This document shows positions 21,965 to 34,650 of a stretch of 64,000 nucleotides of DNA, piece after piece. Origin of the DNA: Mustelus asterias (taxonomy: Eukaryota); contig NC_135823.1 in the NCBI RefSeq assembly GCF_964213995.1, positions 26,040,001-26,104,000 on the forward strand, in the 5' to 3' direction. Below the pieces are notes generated by a model. That model did not search any database and was not told where the DNA came from. It worked only from the letters and a program-made list of their open reading frames with translations. The position numbers were made by a program, and so were the translations under genes. Numbering within the stretch: position 1 is the stretch's first letter; each line of letters begins with the position of its first letter.

Positions 21965-22800
21965 CTTTACCCATCCCTAACTGCCCTTGAGAGTTGGTAG
22001 TGAACCGCCTTCTTCAATTGTAAGTTCAAGTTTGGGATCTTCAGTTTTGGGTAGTCATTGACCACTCTGGGTACGAGACATTTAGCATGTGTAGTCATGA
22101 AGTAGAATCACAAGCAGCTTTTTTAAAAGTCATTCATGGGACATGGGAGTTTGACACCATCCAGGACAAAGCAGCCCGCTTGATTGGCACCACATCTACA
22201 AACATCCACTCCCTTCACCACCAGTGCTCAGTAGCAGCAGTGTGTACTTTCGACAGGATGCACTGCAGAAATTCACCAAAGATCTTTAGACAGCACCTTC
22301 CAAATTGAGGAGTCCTGAATAGTGCTGAACATTGTGCAATCATCAGCAAACATCCCCACTTTACGACTGAGGGAAGGTCATTAATGAAGCAGCTGAAGAC
22401 AGTTGGGCCTAGGACATGAAGGGACTCCTGCAGAAATGTCTTTGAGCTGAGATGACTGACCCTCCACAATCACAACCATCTTCCTATGTACCAGGTATGA
22501 CTCCCACCAGCAGAGAGTTTGCCCCCTGATATCCATTGATTTCAGTTTTGCTAGGGCTCCTTAATGTCGTGCTCGGTCAAATGTAGCCTTGGTGTCAAGG
22601 GCTGTCACTCCCTCCTCACCTCTGAATTCAGCTCTCTTGTCCCTGTTTGAACCAAGGTTGTACTGAGGTCAGGAGCTGAGTGACTCTGACGAAACCCAAA
22701 CTGGGCATCACTGAGCAGGTCATTACTGAGCAGGTGCTGCTTGATAGCACTGTTGATGAGCCCTTCCATCACTTTACTGATGATTAAGAGTAGGCTTATG
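21965..22800 (-). mobile_element. Degraded L2/CR1-clade LINE with an internally inverted segment
   Basis: VLGPTVFSCFINDLP on minus; IQDKAARLIG segment on plus. Related fragments at ~10214-10536, 48820-49880 and 59140-59700. Confidence 0.65.
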
Positions 22801-25061
22801 GGTACTTAACAAGGCAGTAGTTCTTACAAACATCAGCTCCGGACTCTCCAGTTGAAGAATTTTGAAGTGCTGTCTCTTGTTGTGTTCTTGACTGTAGTTT
22901 ATCTTCTCTTGGTTGTGTGCTGAATACAAAATAGCTTCTTTGTACCCTTATCCCTACCCTGTCTCTTGGTGTGTTGGCTTAAGTTAGTTTAGGCCAACTT
23001 GACTGGTGTACCATTGAACAGGGTGCAACCTAGTTTTAGCCAACTTGATTAGTTTACCATTACTTCTTTATCAAATTGTGTTTCTTTCCCTAGCCCCTGT
23101 AAGATGTTTTGTTTATTAAGCAGGAGAGCATTTAGCTAATATCATTAACACAGCCAATTTCCTTATTGCTTTTGTACAGGTCAGTGGATGATAAATATGT
23201 TGATTGAACTCCTAACAGAATTTCTCCCTGACATCGGTTTTGCAACAGCTAGATATCCGTGCCCATACGTCGGTAACTTTGTGCCTCACTTCTCTGCATT
23301 TTCCAAATTATTAATTCCATGTTAGCCTACATATTTCCCACGTTGAGGCCAAAGTGAAACTGATCCTCAAAACTACTATATATAATGATTCATAAAATCA
23401 CTGAAAACACCGTGACAAATATTTTGCAATCTCCAATGTACAGATTTTGTTTAATCTCCCTATGATAGATTCGTAACACACATGCACAAAAAGAAACCAT
23501 ATACTTTCATGCTTCAATCAGGTCCTGTCTAACTTGCATAATCAATTTAATATGGCTTCGGCCCTGTAGCTGCATACGTTCTGCACAGGTTTTTAGCATT
23601 AGCATTAACATTAACTTGGGATCAGAAGATGTTCAGGAAGTTGGGGAATATTGTACCCAAATTTTGTAAGGTACCAGTGTAACTATACCTTCAGCTCATC
23701 GATGAATTTAACCATCGCCTCCTTGTAATTGTCCATTTGAGGCAGCAACTATCTCAAGTCTCTCTAGTCCCTCTCCATTTCTTCCTGCATTTATGAGTTT
23801 CCACCTTCTGACTTAGTGCCCTGGAGTGTGCTGATGCACTGGGTCAGATCATCATTAGGGCAGGCAAGTATAGTTACCTGTATGTAATTTGACCCATCAT
23901 TGTGACCAACATAGTTTAACATAATTTGGGATGAAAGCCACCCTCCCGACCTCCTGCAAGAGGTTTTGTTTATTAAGCAAGAGAGTATTTAGCTAATTTG
24001 GTTAACACAGCACTGTTCATGTTAGCTATTGTCCTTGGTTGTACAGGTCCATGGAAGGCAAACGTGTTTATCCAGTTCCCAACACAATTTTTCCCTGACA
24101 TGAGCTTTTATGATAGCTTGACATTTCTCTCCACCATATGTCAGAATCTTTGACTCAATTAATAAATCATTCTTGCTTCTCAGCATTTTCCAAAATCATA
24201 ATTACATATTAACTTGCATATTAGCAGCAGCCAGTATGGTGCTATTAGGAAGGGCATTCCAGGATTTTGACCAAGTGATCACCGTATTTTGCTTTTCTAT
24301 TATATTTATGTTCCTTCCCTATGACAAGTTAAATTGGGGTCAGAAGCCCGGCACTGTGTGGGCAACAGTCACCCAGCAGTGGTTTTCTCTGAGTTGGCTA
24401 ATAGGCAGAGGGCAGGCTCACAATCCGAGTAAGCATGACGGGTTGGCTCTAGAGGTTGAAGGGCAAATGAAAGACTTTCCCAATACTAACGAAGCAGCAG
24501 GCTGCCTTTTTGGGTAAATATGAGAGCTGGCGCCTTTTATTTCTAACTTTTCACAGTTGTAAAATAAAGTTTAGAACCAGCAGCCAGGCTATTATTGTGG
24601 AGGGAATGGCCTGCAGATGCAGCTGAAGCCAGGCAGTCAAATGAGTCAAAGCCTGCCTGGAGCACTGACCCACCCCACCCCCTCGAGACCACCTTCAGGC
24701 AACTACAGTTCCCTCACAACTCCAGTCAGCCTCGGTCAGTAGGCCTCAGCAGACATTTCAGACCAGCTGAATTGGCTACTTGCCACTTGTGGTCGGGCAG
24801 ATCTGCTGCCAGGCATCCTGCCTTTGGAGAAAATGATCTGGGGTGTGATGTTGTTGCTGGGAAACCAGCAACTGACCAGATGGTGTGAAATTCTGTATCT
24901 ACCCCCTCCCCCATCCCCCCCCAAACATCCCCATGCTCACTCCCAATAGGGCCAAATATCCCTGATATCTCTTTCCCTACAAATATGGTAAGAAATAATT
25001 GTTTTGCCTTTTAGTATTATGTGAATACTGTCGCTAAAGGTTTTGTTTTCTTCCTGGCCAA

Positions 25062-25114
25062 GGTCTGTTTGGGTCAGATACAGAATGCTACAACAAGTAT
25101 GGAAAGATGTGGGG
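25062..25114 (+). pseudogene. CYP3A: Copy B exon 3 (GLFGSDTECYNKYGKMWG), acceptor AG changed to AA
   Basis: ccaa|ggt here versus ccag|ggt in copy A. Confidence 0.9.
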
Positions 25115-26529
25115 GTGAGTGCATTTAATCAGCAAGTAATGGGTATGGAAGTGTAGATTTGTATCCAGTTCAAAACTGCATGTTATTCCAGTAATGTAAA
25201 ATGTAATTCAAGATGTGTAGATGGATGTTAAGAAACTACAGATCATTCCGAGCAGTCTTGACACTGACACACTTCTAAAGATATTTACATTGAGTGACAC
25301 TGTTGGCCTGAGTACCTTCACATTTATCATTGCCCTCAAAAGGATGCTACATTTGTGTTGAGTTTTCAGGGAGGGAACATTTGACTCTTCTGCAAACATT
25401 CAAACTGATGATCTGCCTCCAGTGGAGTATTCGCACTGAGCCTGAAATTCACTCTGTTTGTGTTTAGACACGGGTGGGTTGCTTCTCCGTTCAATTCATT
25501 GGAATAATGAGGTGAAGCCTCAATCTGCTGGGGATCAAGTCATTTTCCCTGTGTAAGGGATTCTGGCAGTGGCTCGGAGATTTGTCTGAATATCTAACCA
25601 TGCACCTTGCAGTCAGGGAGTGTGTCTGGGAGAACTTCCTAGTCTATCCCAGGAATTCCAAACCATTGAAATGTGACAAGAGTCTGGAGGAAGCCCCAGG
25701 AAATGGCCCAAAATTCTCTCAAATTGTTGCTGGAACTGGTTTCTGTCAGGCTGAGAATGTTCCAATTCTCATTTTTCTTTTGGTTCAGGAAGGGCTTCAG
25801 AGGCGGCAGGCAGTAAATGGGGCAACTAATTTACACTAAGGAGGGTTGGATCATTTGGTGAAGGAGGCTGCTTGTCTCCACTGATTTTATTTTACACACT
25901 TTTTTATTCATGACCCTTGTTTTGTTGCTATGTCTCCTGGCCTTGTACTATTCCAATGGTCTCCTGGCCACCTCTTACTGACCCTCACTTCTCACCACCG
26001 CTCCTTCTCCAAAACTATTGCCTTTTTCCCCTGAGCTGATGTCCAGTGTGGCTTGGTGCCACTGGCCTACCCACCTGGCGATTAAGTAGCCTATTAAACA
26101 GGCTCACTTTCAGGATAGAACACGGGTGACAGAAAATTTTCAAGGTGTCTATGAAATCTGTGCTTCCAGGTTTTCTGTGCAGAATATTCCCAACAAATAT
26201 TAGGACTGGGGCTTCTCCGGCCTGTTCATGAGTGAATCGGGTAGTTGCTGTTGAGGTGTTGTTGTAGGCCTACCACAACTGTGCTAATACCCTGTGGGGC
26301 TTTGGTGATTTGCAAATATGCTGTCTGGCCCATCACATCAGGGCAGACTAGATGGAAATTTAACCCTTATTAATGCAATTTTGACTTTTCATTTAACGAA
26401 ACTTGTGGATTATAAAGTGGTTTGTGAGGAGCTGAGTGCACTCACTCATATAAAAACAAAAGTGCTGGAAATGCACAACAGGTCTGGCAGCATCTGTGAA
26501 GAGAGAAAGTTAATGTTTTGTGTCAAATA

Positions 26530-27518
26530 TGTGATGATACTGCGCCTTTAAGAAATGGATTTGTGCCATGTTTCTTGCGCAGGATTTGTTATAGCAGTTC
26601 TATGCACTCGGGGCCGTTTTGTCTGTAACCAGCAGCATGTGTTGTTACTGCTGCAGCATAATTGATCTTAATAGCTACAATGTTTGTTTTAATATGGATT
26701 AATGTAGGTGGTTATTTTAGTGTTATCCCCTGGGATATTTCAGAGTGGGGCTTGAATAGATTGATGAACAGGTAAGGTCATATGACTGGGTGGAGCTAGG
26801 CTTACACGGAGAAATTAGGAGCAGTCTGCTGTTGGAATCTTTAGAGAGGGCCGCTTTCTCTGTTTCTTTCTGTGTCTGGAGTTGGAGACAGGAATCTGCC
26901 AGGAAATAAGTCTCTTCCTCTGAGATTCTGCTGCTTGGGAGTGGATCTTTCTCTAGAGGTGGCTTTATGAGAATCAGAAGACTGGTATCTGTCTGGATCT
27001 CTGTTCAGAGGTGTTAAAAGGCTAGAAACCTAGCACCACATGAAGATATTTATTTTTTGTGCTAACTAAATCTGAAGAAGGGTATTTATCTATGGGGATA
27101 TTGCTTCAAATTGGAACTATGGAGATTGCTAATTGTTAAGGATTCCACTTTGTCATATTTAAATATTTTAATTTATAAAAGTTATGCTAATTTTGTTTGC
27201 TATATTTTAACTGTGTTCTTAAATAAAGTTTGTCATGATAAAAGGCTCCTTCCGAGTGGGTCAACTGAAATACCTTTAAGATAAAATACTGCGGATGCTG
27301 GAATCTGAAACAAAAGTGGAAAATGCTGGAAAATCTCAGCAAGGCTGACAGCATCTGTGGAAAGAGAACAGAGCCAACATTTCGAGTCGGGATACCCTTT
27401 GTCAGCGTAATACCAGAGAAATACTCTCTGCTCAGCCTAATGCCAAAATCTAAAGGAAAGGTTGGGGTCTAGGCTAACTTCATAATATACCTTATAGTTT
27501 CTGATCTGGTCCCTAACA
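26530..27518 (+). mobile_element. Solo LTR (TG...CA, 4-bp TSD aata) with a nested short insertion
   Basis: Same ends as 41875-42544 (tgtgatgatactg...ctggtccctaa). Confidence 0.7.
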
Positions 27519-27981
27519 AATATGACTCCTGAAGAGTTCCAAAAGAAAAGTCTTATTCGACTCAATGAAACGCTGTTTCTCTCTCCTCAGAGTTGTTGGG
27601 CATTTCCATGTTTTAATTTCAGACTTCCAGCATCCACAGTATTTTGCTTTTATTTCAGTGAACTTGCTCATCTTCATTCTGGTGTCAGTTCCTCGGCAGC
27701 AGCTAAAATGCCAATATGAGGCAAGACTGTTTTCCATCTGGGTGTAATGCAAATACAGCCGGGATTATTATGTATAATCCGAGACATTCGACATTTCCTT
27801 TCCATAGTAATGGTCACAAATGCTCCTGTGTAATATCCATCATAGTTCAGAGACCTGGCCGTCAAGAACACCCAACATGGTTGCAGTTGGTGTTTACCAA
27901 GCCACTCCCCATTCAGACTCGAGACTATTACCTTAGCTAAGAACCAGTTTCACTTTCTAATAATTCTGTCTTTTCCTTTAG

Positions 27982-28080
27982 GATTTACGATGGGCAGCAG
28001 CCCATTCTCTCTATCATGGATATCGACTTGATTAAAACCGTCTTCGTAAAAGAGTTTTACACTCTGTGCACCAGAGGCGG
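27982..28080 (+). pseudogene. CYP3A: Copy B exon 4 (IYDGQQPILSIMDIDLIKTVFVKEFYTLCT...), 1-bp deletion
   Basis: 99 bp versus 100 bp in the paralogous exon at 53228-53327; the TNRR end is broken. Confidence 0.9.
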
Positions 28081-29632
28081 GTAAATATTCACCTACACTG
28101 CACTGAGACTTATTTGCTCTTATTAGATTTTCTTGTTGTTTCAATAAGACCTTGTTTCCTCTATCTAAATATTTGATCTTGTTTTGGTTATTTCAGCTAG
28201 AATGTCATTTGATTTCCATCTTTTCTCCACCTGATGGTTTGATCTCGCAGCGATTCAGGGCAGAGATCAGACTTACCAAACGAAACCCCCATGTGTGGGA
28301 GCAAAGAGTATGTTTGATGGGGAAGACCCAAAAAGCTGATGCTGTGATCTCTAGTTCTATCTCTCTGGGCTCAACTAAATTCTCACTGGTTGCCTGTCAT
28401 AGTTTGGACTGACCCATGTTGTTGAGGTAGAAAAGAAGGTGTATCGCACCCAAACTTCATCTGACTTGTCTGGAACTTGCACCTCTCACCTTTGGTGAGT
28501 GGAGTGTGTATTTGTCTTGAGATCTGACAGGATTTTCACATCCTAATAAATGATGCACAGGAGAGGGAGTTATTAACAATAGAGGCGCAACATCCTATGT
28601 GATCTGTGAAGAACCGTGATCATTGATATTTTTATGGAAATCTGGGTTAGACTGTTCCTTTTTCAGGAGGGGAAACAAAGCGAAATGTCCGTCAGAATGG
28701 GGGAAATCTGAGTTTGAACTGTATAGTTTCAATAATAGTAATGAAAAGAATAGAATCGAAACGTTTGGCATCTAGAACTGAGATCAGGAGAAGTTTCTTC
28801 ACTCCATGCATTGTGAATCTTTGAAATTCTCCATCCTGGAGAATTATGAATGTTATGGTGTTAAGTATATTCACTCAGGGCAAAGATTGAAGATTTGTGG
28901 GAATGAAGGGATTTGAAGATATTGTGGGAAAGTGGCATTGAGGTAAGAGATCAGTCATTCTGATCTCCAGCTGCTCCAGTTCCTGTGTCTTGTGTTCTGC
29001 GGCATGGCTCATCTTTACCTCAGCTCCAGTATCTGCTTTGTCTCCATGGTGTTTTGATAGTTAAGATCTCAATCCCAATCTTGTAATTGTCCCAGCCTCC
29101 ACAGTTTTTAGGGGAGTGAATTCTTAATTTCCACTGTGGCTCCTGTTCAGTGGGCTGAAGAATGTGTCCCTCACATCAGAACTTCCCAAACCTTGGCCTG
29201 GTTTTGAATGTCCCAGACTTTGCTTGTTCCCAGAATGAAAATTCGGAGGATCCAAGAGTTGAGGTGGGGAGAGTGGTCTTCATATGCTGAGCGGGGTGGG
29301 AGAGTGAGGTTGAGCATGGTGGGAAGTATATAAATGGCAGCGTTTTGTTTAAAATTAAACTACCTTCGGATAAGCTTTAGCAGCTGCAAATTGGCCTCTG
29401 TGGGAGCAGCTCCACATTGTGAGCATAGGCCACAGTTGCTGAAGCTCTGCTGGCTGGCTGGCTGGCTGGCATGTCACAATGAATTGTTCATTATCTAGGC
29501 CTACAGCAGTAGCTGATGTGATTACAGATCTAAACACTCAGAGAGCACTGATTGGTCCCGCCCCCCCACAATCCCCAACAGAAACACGATTTGGAGAAAC
29601 TTAATGATTTAAAGACCAAATCCCAACAGATT

Positions 29633-30505
29633 ATGAACCAGTTTGGACCTGCAGCTCCAATAAATTTGACAAATTTTCCCTCAATAAAACCTGATCCATC
29701 CAGTACACCACCTCCAAATATAATGACTAATAGCACCGCACTGTGATAGAGATACCTGGAGCACAAGACTCAGTATGAGACCAGATGGCAATTAGGTTTT
29801 AAGCAAGAGGTTGCAGGACTTGATGCATGAAATTGATCCAAATGAGCAACTTGATGAAGCTGTCGAAGAAATGCTTTTGCAGATGGCTGATGATTTTATT
29901 GAAAGTGTAGTGAGTGCCGCATGTCACCTAACACGTCACCGCAAGTCAAACACACTGGAAGTCAAGGATGTTCAACTGCATTCTACATCCCGGTAGAGTG
30001 GTTGACGGAGGGATCCAGTTACCTCACTAATAGGGAATTAAATTTGATGGATAATTTGTCATGCCGAGGAAACACTGCAGGACATGCTGTGGACATTTGC
30101 CATATAACCGTTGCCTTATCCGGGTCTGGCTTTATACCACCAGCGGTAAGCTGGTGGCCAGTGTAGATGACCTGGCTAACCCTGAATCTGCATTTACAGC
30201 TTCAACTGTCTGGTCCAGCAACATCTGGCAAAGTGATTCCATTTGCCACCATTATTGCAATGCTTATTAAATCTGAAGCATGCGCTTTTATGTGGATGCT
30301 GGCCACTACAGTTCAGGCAGGATGTGCTCTGTACCGAGGGAACTTCCATTGCTCTAATTCATTGATGCTCCTCTTGGATTGCTCATTCAGCATGCAGATA
30401 CTAATGGTAGACTGTAATGTGGAGCAACTGTTTGCACACCACATCACTTTGTATTCCACGCATTATACAGTCTCTTATGTGTTCATCAGCAAGAGTACCA
30501 AATAA
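29633..30505 (+). pseudogene. TAF12: TAF12 processed pseudogene in intron 4 of CYP3A copy B
   Basis: MNQFGPAAPINLTNFPSIKPDP..., then LQDLMHEIDPNEQLDEAVEEMLLQMADDFIESVVSAACHLTRHRKSNTLEVKDVQLH contiguous without introns; frameshift/stop near 29745; probable C-terminal remnant ISKSTK* near 30485-30505. Confidence 0.92.
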
Positions 30506-30772
30506 ATATTTTTTGAGAGAATTTTCAATGTTGAAGTATATAATTGTACCAATTCATTGAGTTTTTAGTTAGTGGGTTGTGTAGGAATGATGACAAAGGA
30601 TTACAACTTAATATAGAAACATAGAAATTAGAAGCAGGAGCAGGCCATTCAGCCCTTCGAGCCTGCTCCACCATCCATTTTGATCATGGTTGATCATCAA
30701 ATTTTATATCCTGATCCCACCTTCCTCCATATCCCTTAATCCCTTTAGCCCTAAGATATATCTAATACAGAA

Positions 30773-31055
30773 ACATGTAGAATTTCTAAAGTGCAGAAGG
30801 ACGTCATTTGGCCAATCGGGTCTGCACTGACTCTGATAGTGTATTTTACCCAGACCCTCTCCCCTGTTCTATCCCCGTAATCCCACACATTTATCATGGC
30901 GAATGCATCTAACCTGCACATCTTTGGGCTGAAAGGAAACCAAAGGTCCTGGAGGAAACCCACGTAAATACGGGGAGAACATGCAAACGACACAGACAGT
31001 CACTCGGGCCCCTGGCACTCTGAGGCAGCAGTGCTAACCACTGTGCCACCATGCC
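30773..31055 (-). mobile_element. tRNA-derived SINE (CR1-like tail)
   Basis: Reverse-complement head at 31020-31055. Confidence 0.75.
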
Positions 31056-31335
31056 AGACTCCTTTATTAAACGTCTTACCATAGGATTTTCAGCAGCACT
31101 TAGATGCCATGCCTGTAGCCACACTGGTGAGAATTCCCATGTTACTGACATGTCACTGCCTGTGTTCAGGCTATAAATGGCTATAAATACATGAATACAC
31201 AATCATTGCTCCCATCTCTGTGCAGTCTGAGCATAGTCTGTGTAGTTTTGAGGTCAGTTTATGAACTATTATGGTGTTGAATCTGATAACGTAACTTTTT
31301 AAAAAAAAGTTAATTCTTCCTACCTTTTTCTGTAG

Positions 31336-31448
31336 AGCTTTAGTCTGAATGAGCCACTGATTGAGTCCATCTGGTTGCCAAAGATGACAATTGGAAGAGA
31401 ATCCAAAGTGTGCTTTCACCAACCTTCACCAACGGGAGACTGAAAGAG
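31336..31448 (+). pseudogene. CYP3A: Copy B exon 5 (...[24 protein letters not shown]), 1-bp deletion
   Basis: 113 bp with AG/GT; the WKR..LSPTFT.G.LKE motif lies in a shifted frame. Confidence 0.9.
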
Positions 31449-31686
31449 GTAACTGACCCCATCCCACTCCCCAGTAGATTGACTCCTTTGGCTGTGGCTA
31501 TACTTGTGATGTGTGGGATTGGATACATAGACGTGTGTTAAATCGTTCAGTAATAATTGATTTCTTATGAAGGTGAGAGTGTAGATGCTGATGCACTAGA
31601 ATACAAAAAGTCAAAATGCACAGTCAATAAGTCAACCTGTGAACATCTAGAAAATTCCAAGGTGTTCAGACTCCATCTTGCCTATT

Positions 31687-32027
31687 CATAGAATCCTTAC
31701 AGTGCAGAAGGAGGCCATTCGGCCCATCGAGTCTGCACTGACAATCTGACAGAGCGTTTTTACTCAGGCTCACCCCCTTCACTCTATCCCCATAAATCTA
31801 CGCATTTCCCATGGCTAATCCATCTAACCTTTGAACACAAAGGGACAATTTAGCACGACCAATCCACCTGACCTTTGGACTGTGGGAGGAAATCAGAGCA
31901 TCCAGAGGAAACTCACGCAGATATAGGGAGAACGTGCAGACTTTGCACGGACAGTCGCCTATGGCCTGAATCGAACCCAGTCCCTGGCGCTGTGAGGCAG
32001 CAGTGCTAACCACTGTGCCACCATGCC
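31687..32027 (-). mobile_element. tRNA-derived SINE (CR1-like tail)
   Basis: Head at the right end, catagaat tail at the left. Confidence 0.82.
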
Positions 32028-32505
32028 TTCACTTGAGCATCCCTCCCATCAACTGAGCATAACAGCTGTTCGACTACCTCATCCGAGACTCTCCTGGCTT
32101 CACCATATTTCAGTGTGATTTGGGTTGGCAACTCTTGCAGGAATTTTCCCCCAGAAACAATGACCACCCTGAAGAATAATCAGAGGGGAATTTTTTAAAA
32201 AAATCTTTGAACAATTGGTGAACTCGTTATAAAAGCATTGGACATGGAATGTTTTGTTTCATTGACAAGTCAAGAATAATCTGGGAATGAAAAGTCAATT
32301 CACTTTCTGAATAGGCAGGAAGGTGAAAAATCACGAGATGGACATGGCAAGTCCCCTTGTGGCCAGAGTGTGGCTGTCTGTGTGGGAGGGGAGATGGGTT
32401 GGAGACAAGCCATGGGACACTATTGTCATAAATAGTATGACCCTATTTAGGTGCAGAGTAGCTTTGACTTCTTATACATTGTTCGCCATTTTCTTCTTTC
32501 CCCAG

Positions 32506-32594
32506 ATGTGTCCAATAATCAAGCACTACGCAGAAAATCTTGTGAAAAATGCAGAAAAGAAAGCAAAACTGAATGAATCTGCCGACATGAAGGA
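32506..32594 (+). pseudogene. CYP3A: Copy B exon 6 (MCPIIKHYAENLVKNAEKKAKLNESADMK)
   Basis: 89 bp, AG/GT, matches the CYP3A MxPII exon. Confidence 0.88.
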
Positions 32595-34312
32595 GTGAGT
32601 AATTTATCTCTTGGGTGACAGATCTGCGTTCCTCCATCACACACCCTTCCTAGGCAATTCAATCATTTTCACTTTACACTGGTGATGAAGACCACATATA
32701 ACAAGGAGCCCCTATATACCTTGTTCATAACCCCCCCCCGCCAGCCGGCTCTTACGATCCCCATAGAGACCGATAACTTTAAGCAAGATATTTGAATTCC
32801 CTGACCAACTTAAACAATCCTCACAATTAGATTTCATGTTTTAAGACTTTTACTGTAACAAACTAAAAAAAACATCAACTAAACAGTACTTGGTAGGAAG
32901 CTCTAAAACCCTGAACTACAGATCTGTTATACTTAAACACAACGGATACTCCCACACCACATCTATAACTTTCAGTCTTTATAGGAAATGTCCAGAGTCA
33001 CTCTCAGCTTCAAATGGGTTCAAAGCTCCCCAAGCTTTCTGAGTCATAATGTCAAATCAGCACCAAACGTTGCTTCCCTCGGTTTTCAGAAGATTTCCAA
33101 ATCAACTGCTAGCAGTTAGATCCACTCCAAGCAATTTCTCTTCCCATTCTTTTTCCAGGGCAAATATTCCGGATTCTTTATAGCATCTGACTGCTGTGAA
33201 GGTGTTTCAGTGATGAGATCTTGAGACTTTAAAAAAAAATTAACCCATTATTGTTAGTCTTTAACCAGATCTCCAGTTACTGTAATGCATGGTGCTGTGT
33301 CCATGCAGGTAGCCTGCTTGCTCAAATTGTTTCCTCTAGCCTATTCTCCCAGACTTTCTAACTACTTGACTCCACACATCATACTGTGGGCAGCACTATT
33401 CTCCAGTCCCACGTTAGCCCTTACTCTGCTGAACACCTTTACATTGCAATGGCGTGTAGGCACATAACACAACATCCCCTTTTCTTCTCTAAAGAAAACG
33501 TTCCTCCCTTCTGTGGAATAGGACAATACAATCTTTACTTACTATCACTGCTCCCAAATTTCAGCTCTTTGACTTCATAAATTCAGATGGTCTTGAGGCT
33601 TGACAGTTCTTTCACATCTCAGTCTGTCACATTTGGAGGAATGGTAGTAAGACTCTGTTTCTGGTACTTGACGATCTCTATTTGATTTGCTTTTGTGCTC
33701 CTTCGAGTTATGTTTCTCTTTATTAACAATGTCTCAGTAATAAATTAAGTTATTTTTTTAAAAATGAAGTGTGAGAGTGTCAGAGTTTGTGTGTGTGTGT
33801 GGCAGACTCATTCCCTGTCTTGGTCACTTACCCTATGTATCTGGTGGCGTGTGGTGGTGAGTGAGAAATCTGGGAGTATCTGGGAGTAAGGGCCACTTTC
33901 TAGTTCAGACGCACGGACACATTGGTCGGTCTCTTTCACTCACCTGCTCACTCACAACTCTCTCTCGCAACTCCTGGATCTCACAGTCAGCATCTCCCCA
34001 GTACGTGAAAGAAAACCACCTCCACTGGTGTTCACTGCTCCTCCAATCACATTTGCTGCTGATAGTGCACAGCCTGTGATTGGAGCAGCTGCTTGCAGAA
34101 TCATCCACCCCAACATACCCGTGTGACCAACATTTTGAAAACTGGTTCCAGGGCCACACGCAGCGCGGGGGGCTGCCAATTGGACATGCCCCCTTTACAA
34201 CCCCCCACATCCTGCTTGGCAGTGCTCAGAAAGACAGCGCACTCTTCTCTGCTGAGCACAGTTAGCTGCAATCCTTTATCTCAAAATCAAGGAGACAATC
34301 CCAAATCATTGA

Positions 34313-34650
34313 CATAGAAATCATAGAAACCCTACAGCGCAGAAGGAGGCCATTCGGCCCATCGAGTCTGCACCGACCACAATCCCACCCAGGCCCTACC
34401 CCCACATATTTACCCGCTAATCCCTCTAACCTACGCATCCCAGGATTCTAAGGGGCAATTTTTAACCTGGCCAATCAACCTAACCTGCACATCTTTGGAT
34501 GTGGGAGGAAACCGGAGCACCCGGAGGAAACCCACGCAGACACGAGGAGAATGTGCAAACTCCACACAGACAGCGACCCGAGCCGGGAATCGAACCCGGG
34601 ACCCTGGAGCTGTGAAGCAGCAGCGCTAACCACTGTGCTATCATGCCGCC
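34313..34650 (-). mobile_element. tRNA-derived SINE, young copy (CR1-like tail)
   Basis: CpG-retaining full copy with catagaaat tail repeats. Confidence 0.88.

Larger units (their letters stand above)
1..26063. repeat. Large diverged inverted duplication (head-to-head CYP3A paralogues)
   Basis: Reverse-complement matches: 1-785 with ~25283-26063; 1543-2512 with 24276-25285; 9291-12974 with ~15046-20932. Interrupted by arm-specific insertions. Confidence 0.93.

Noticed and set aside
25063-31448. Three single-base losses in exons 3, 4 and 5 summing to a restored frame
   Set aside because: The shifted frame hits TGA within exon 4, and later exons carry further lesions.
34580-34650. tRNA gene
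   Set aside because: It is the tRNA-derived head of a multicopy SINE continuing into SINE body and tail.
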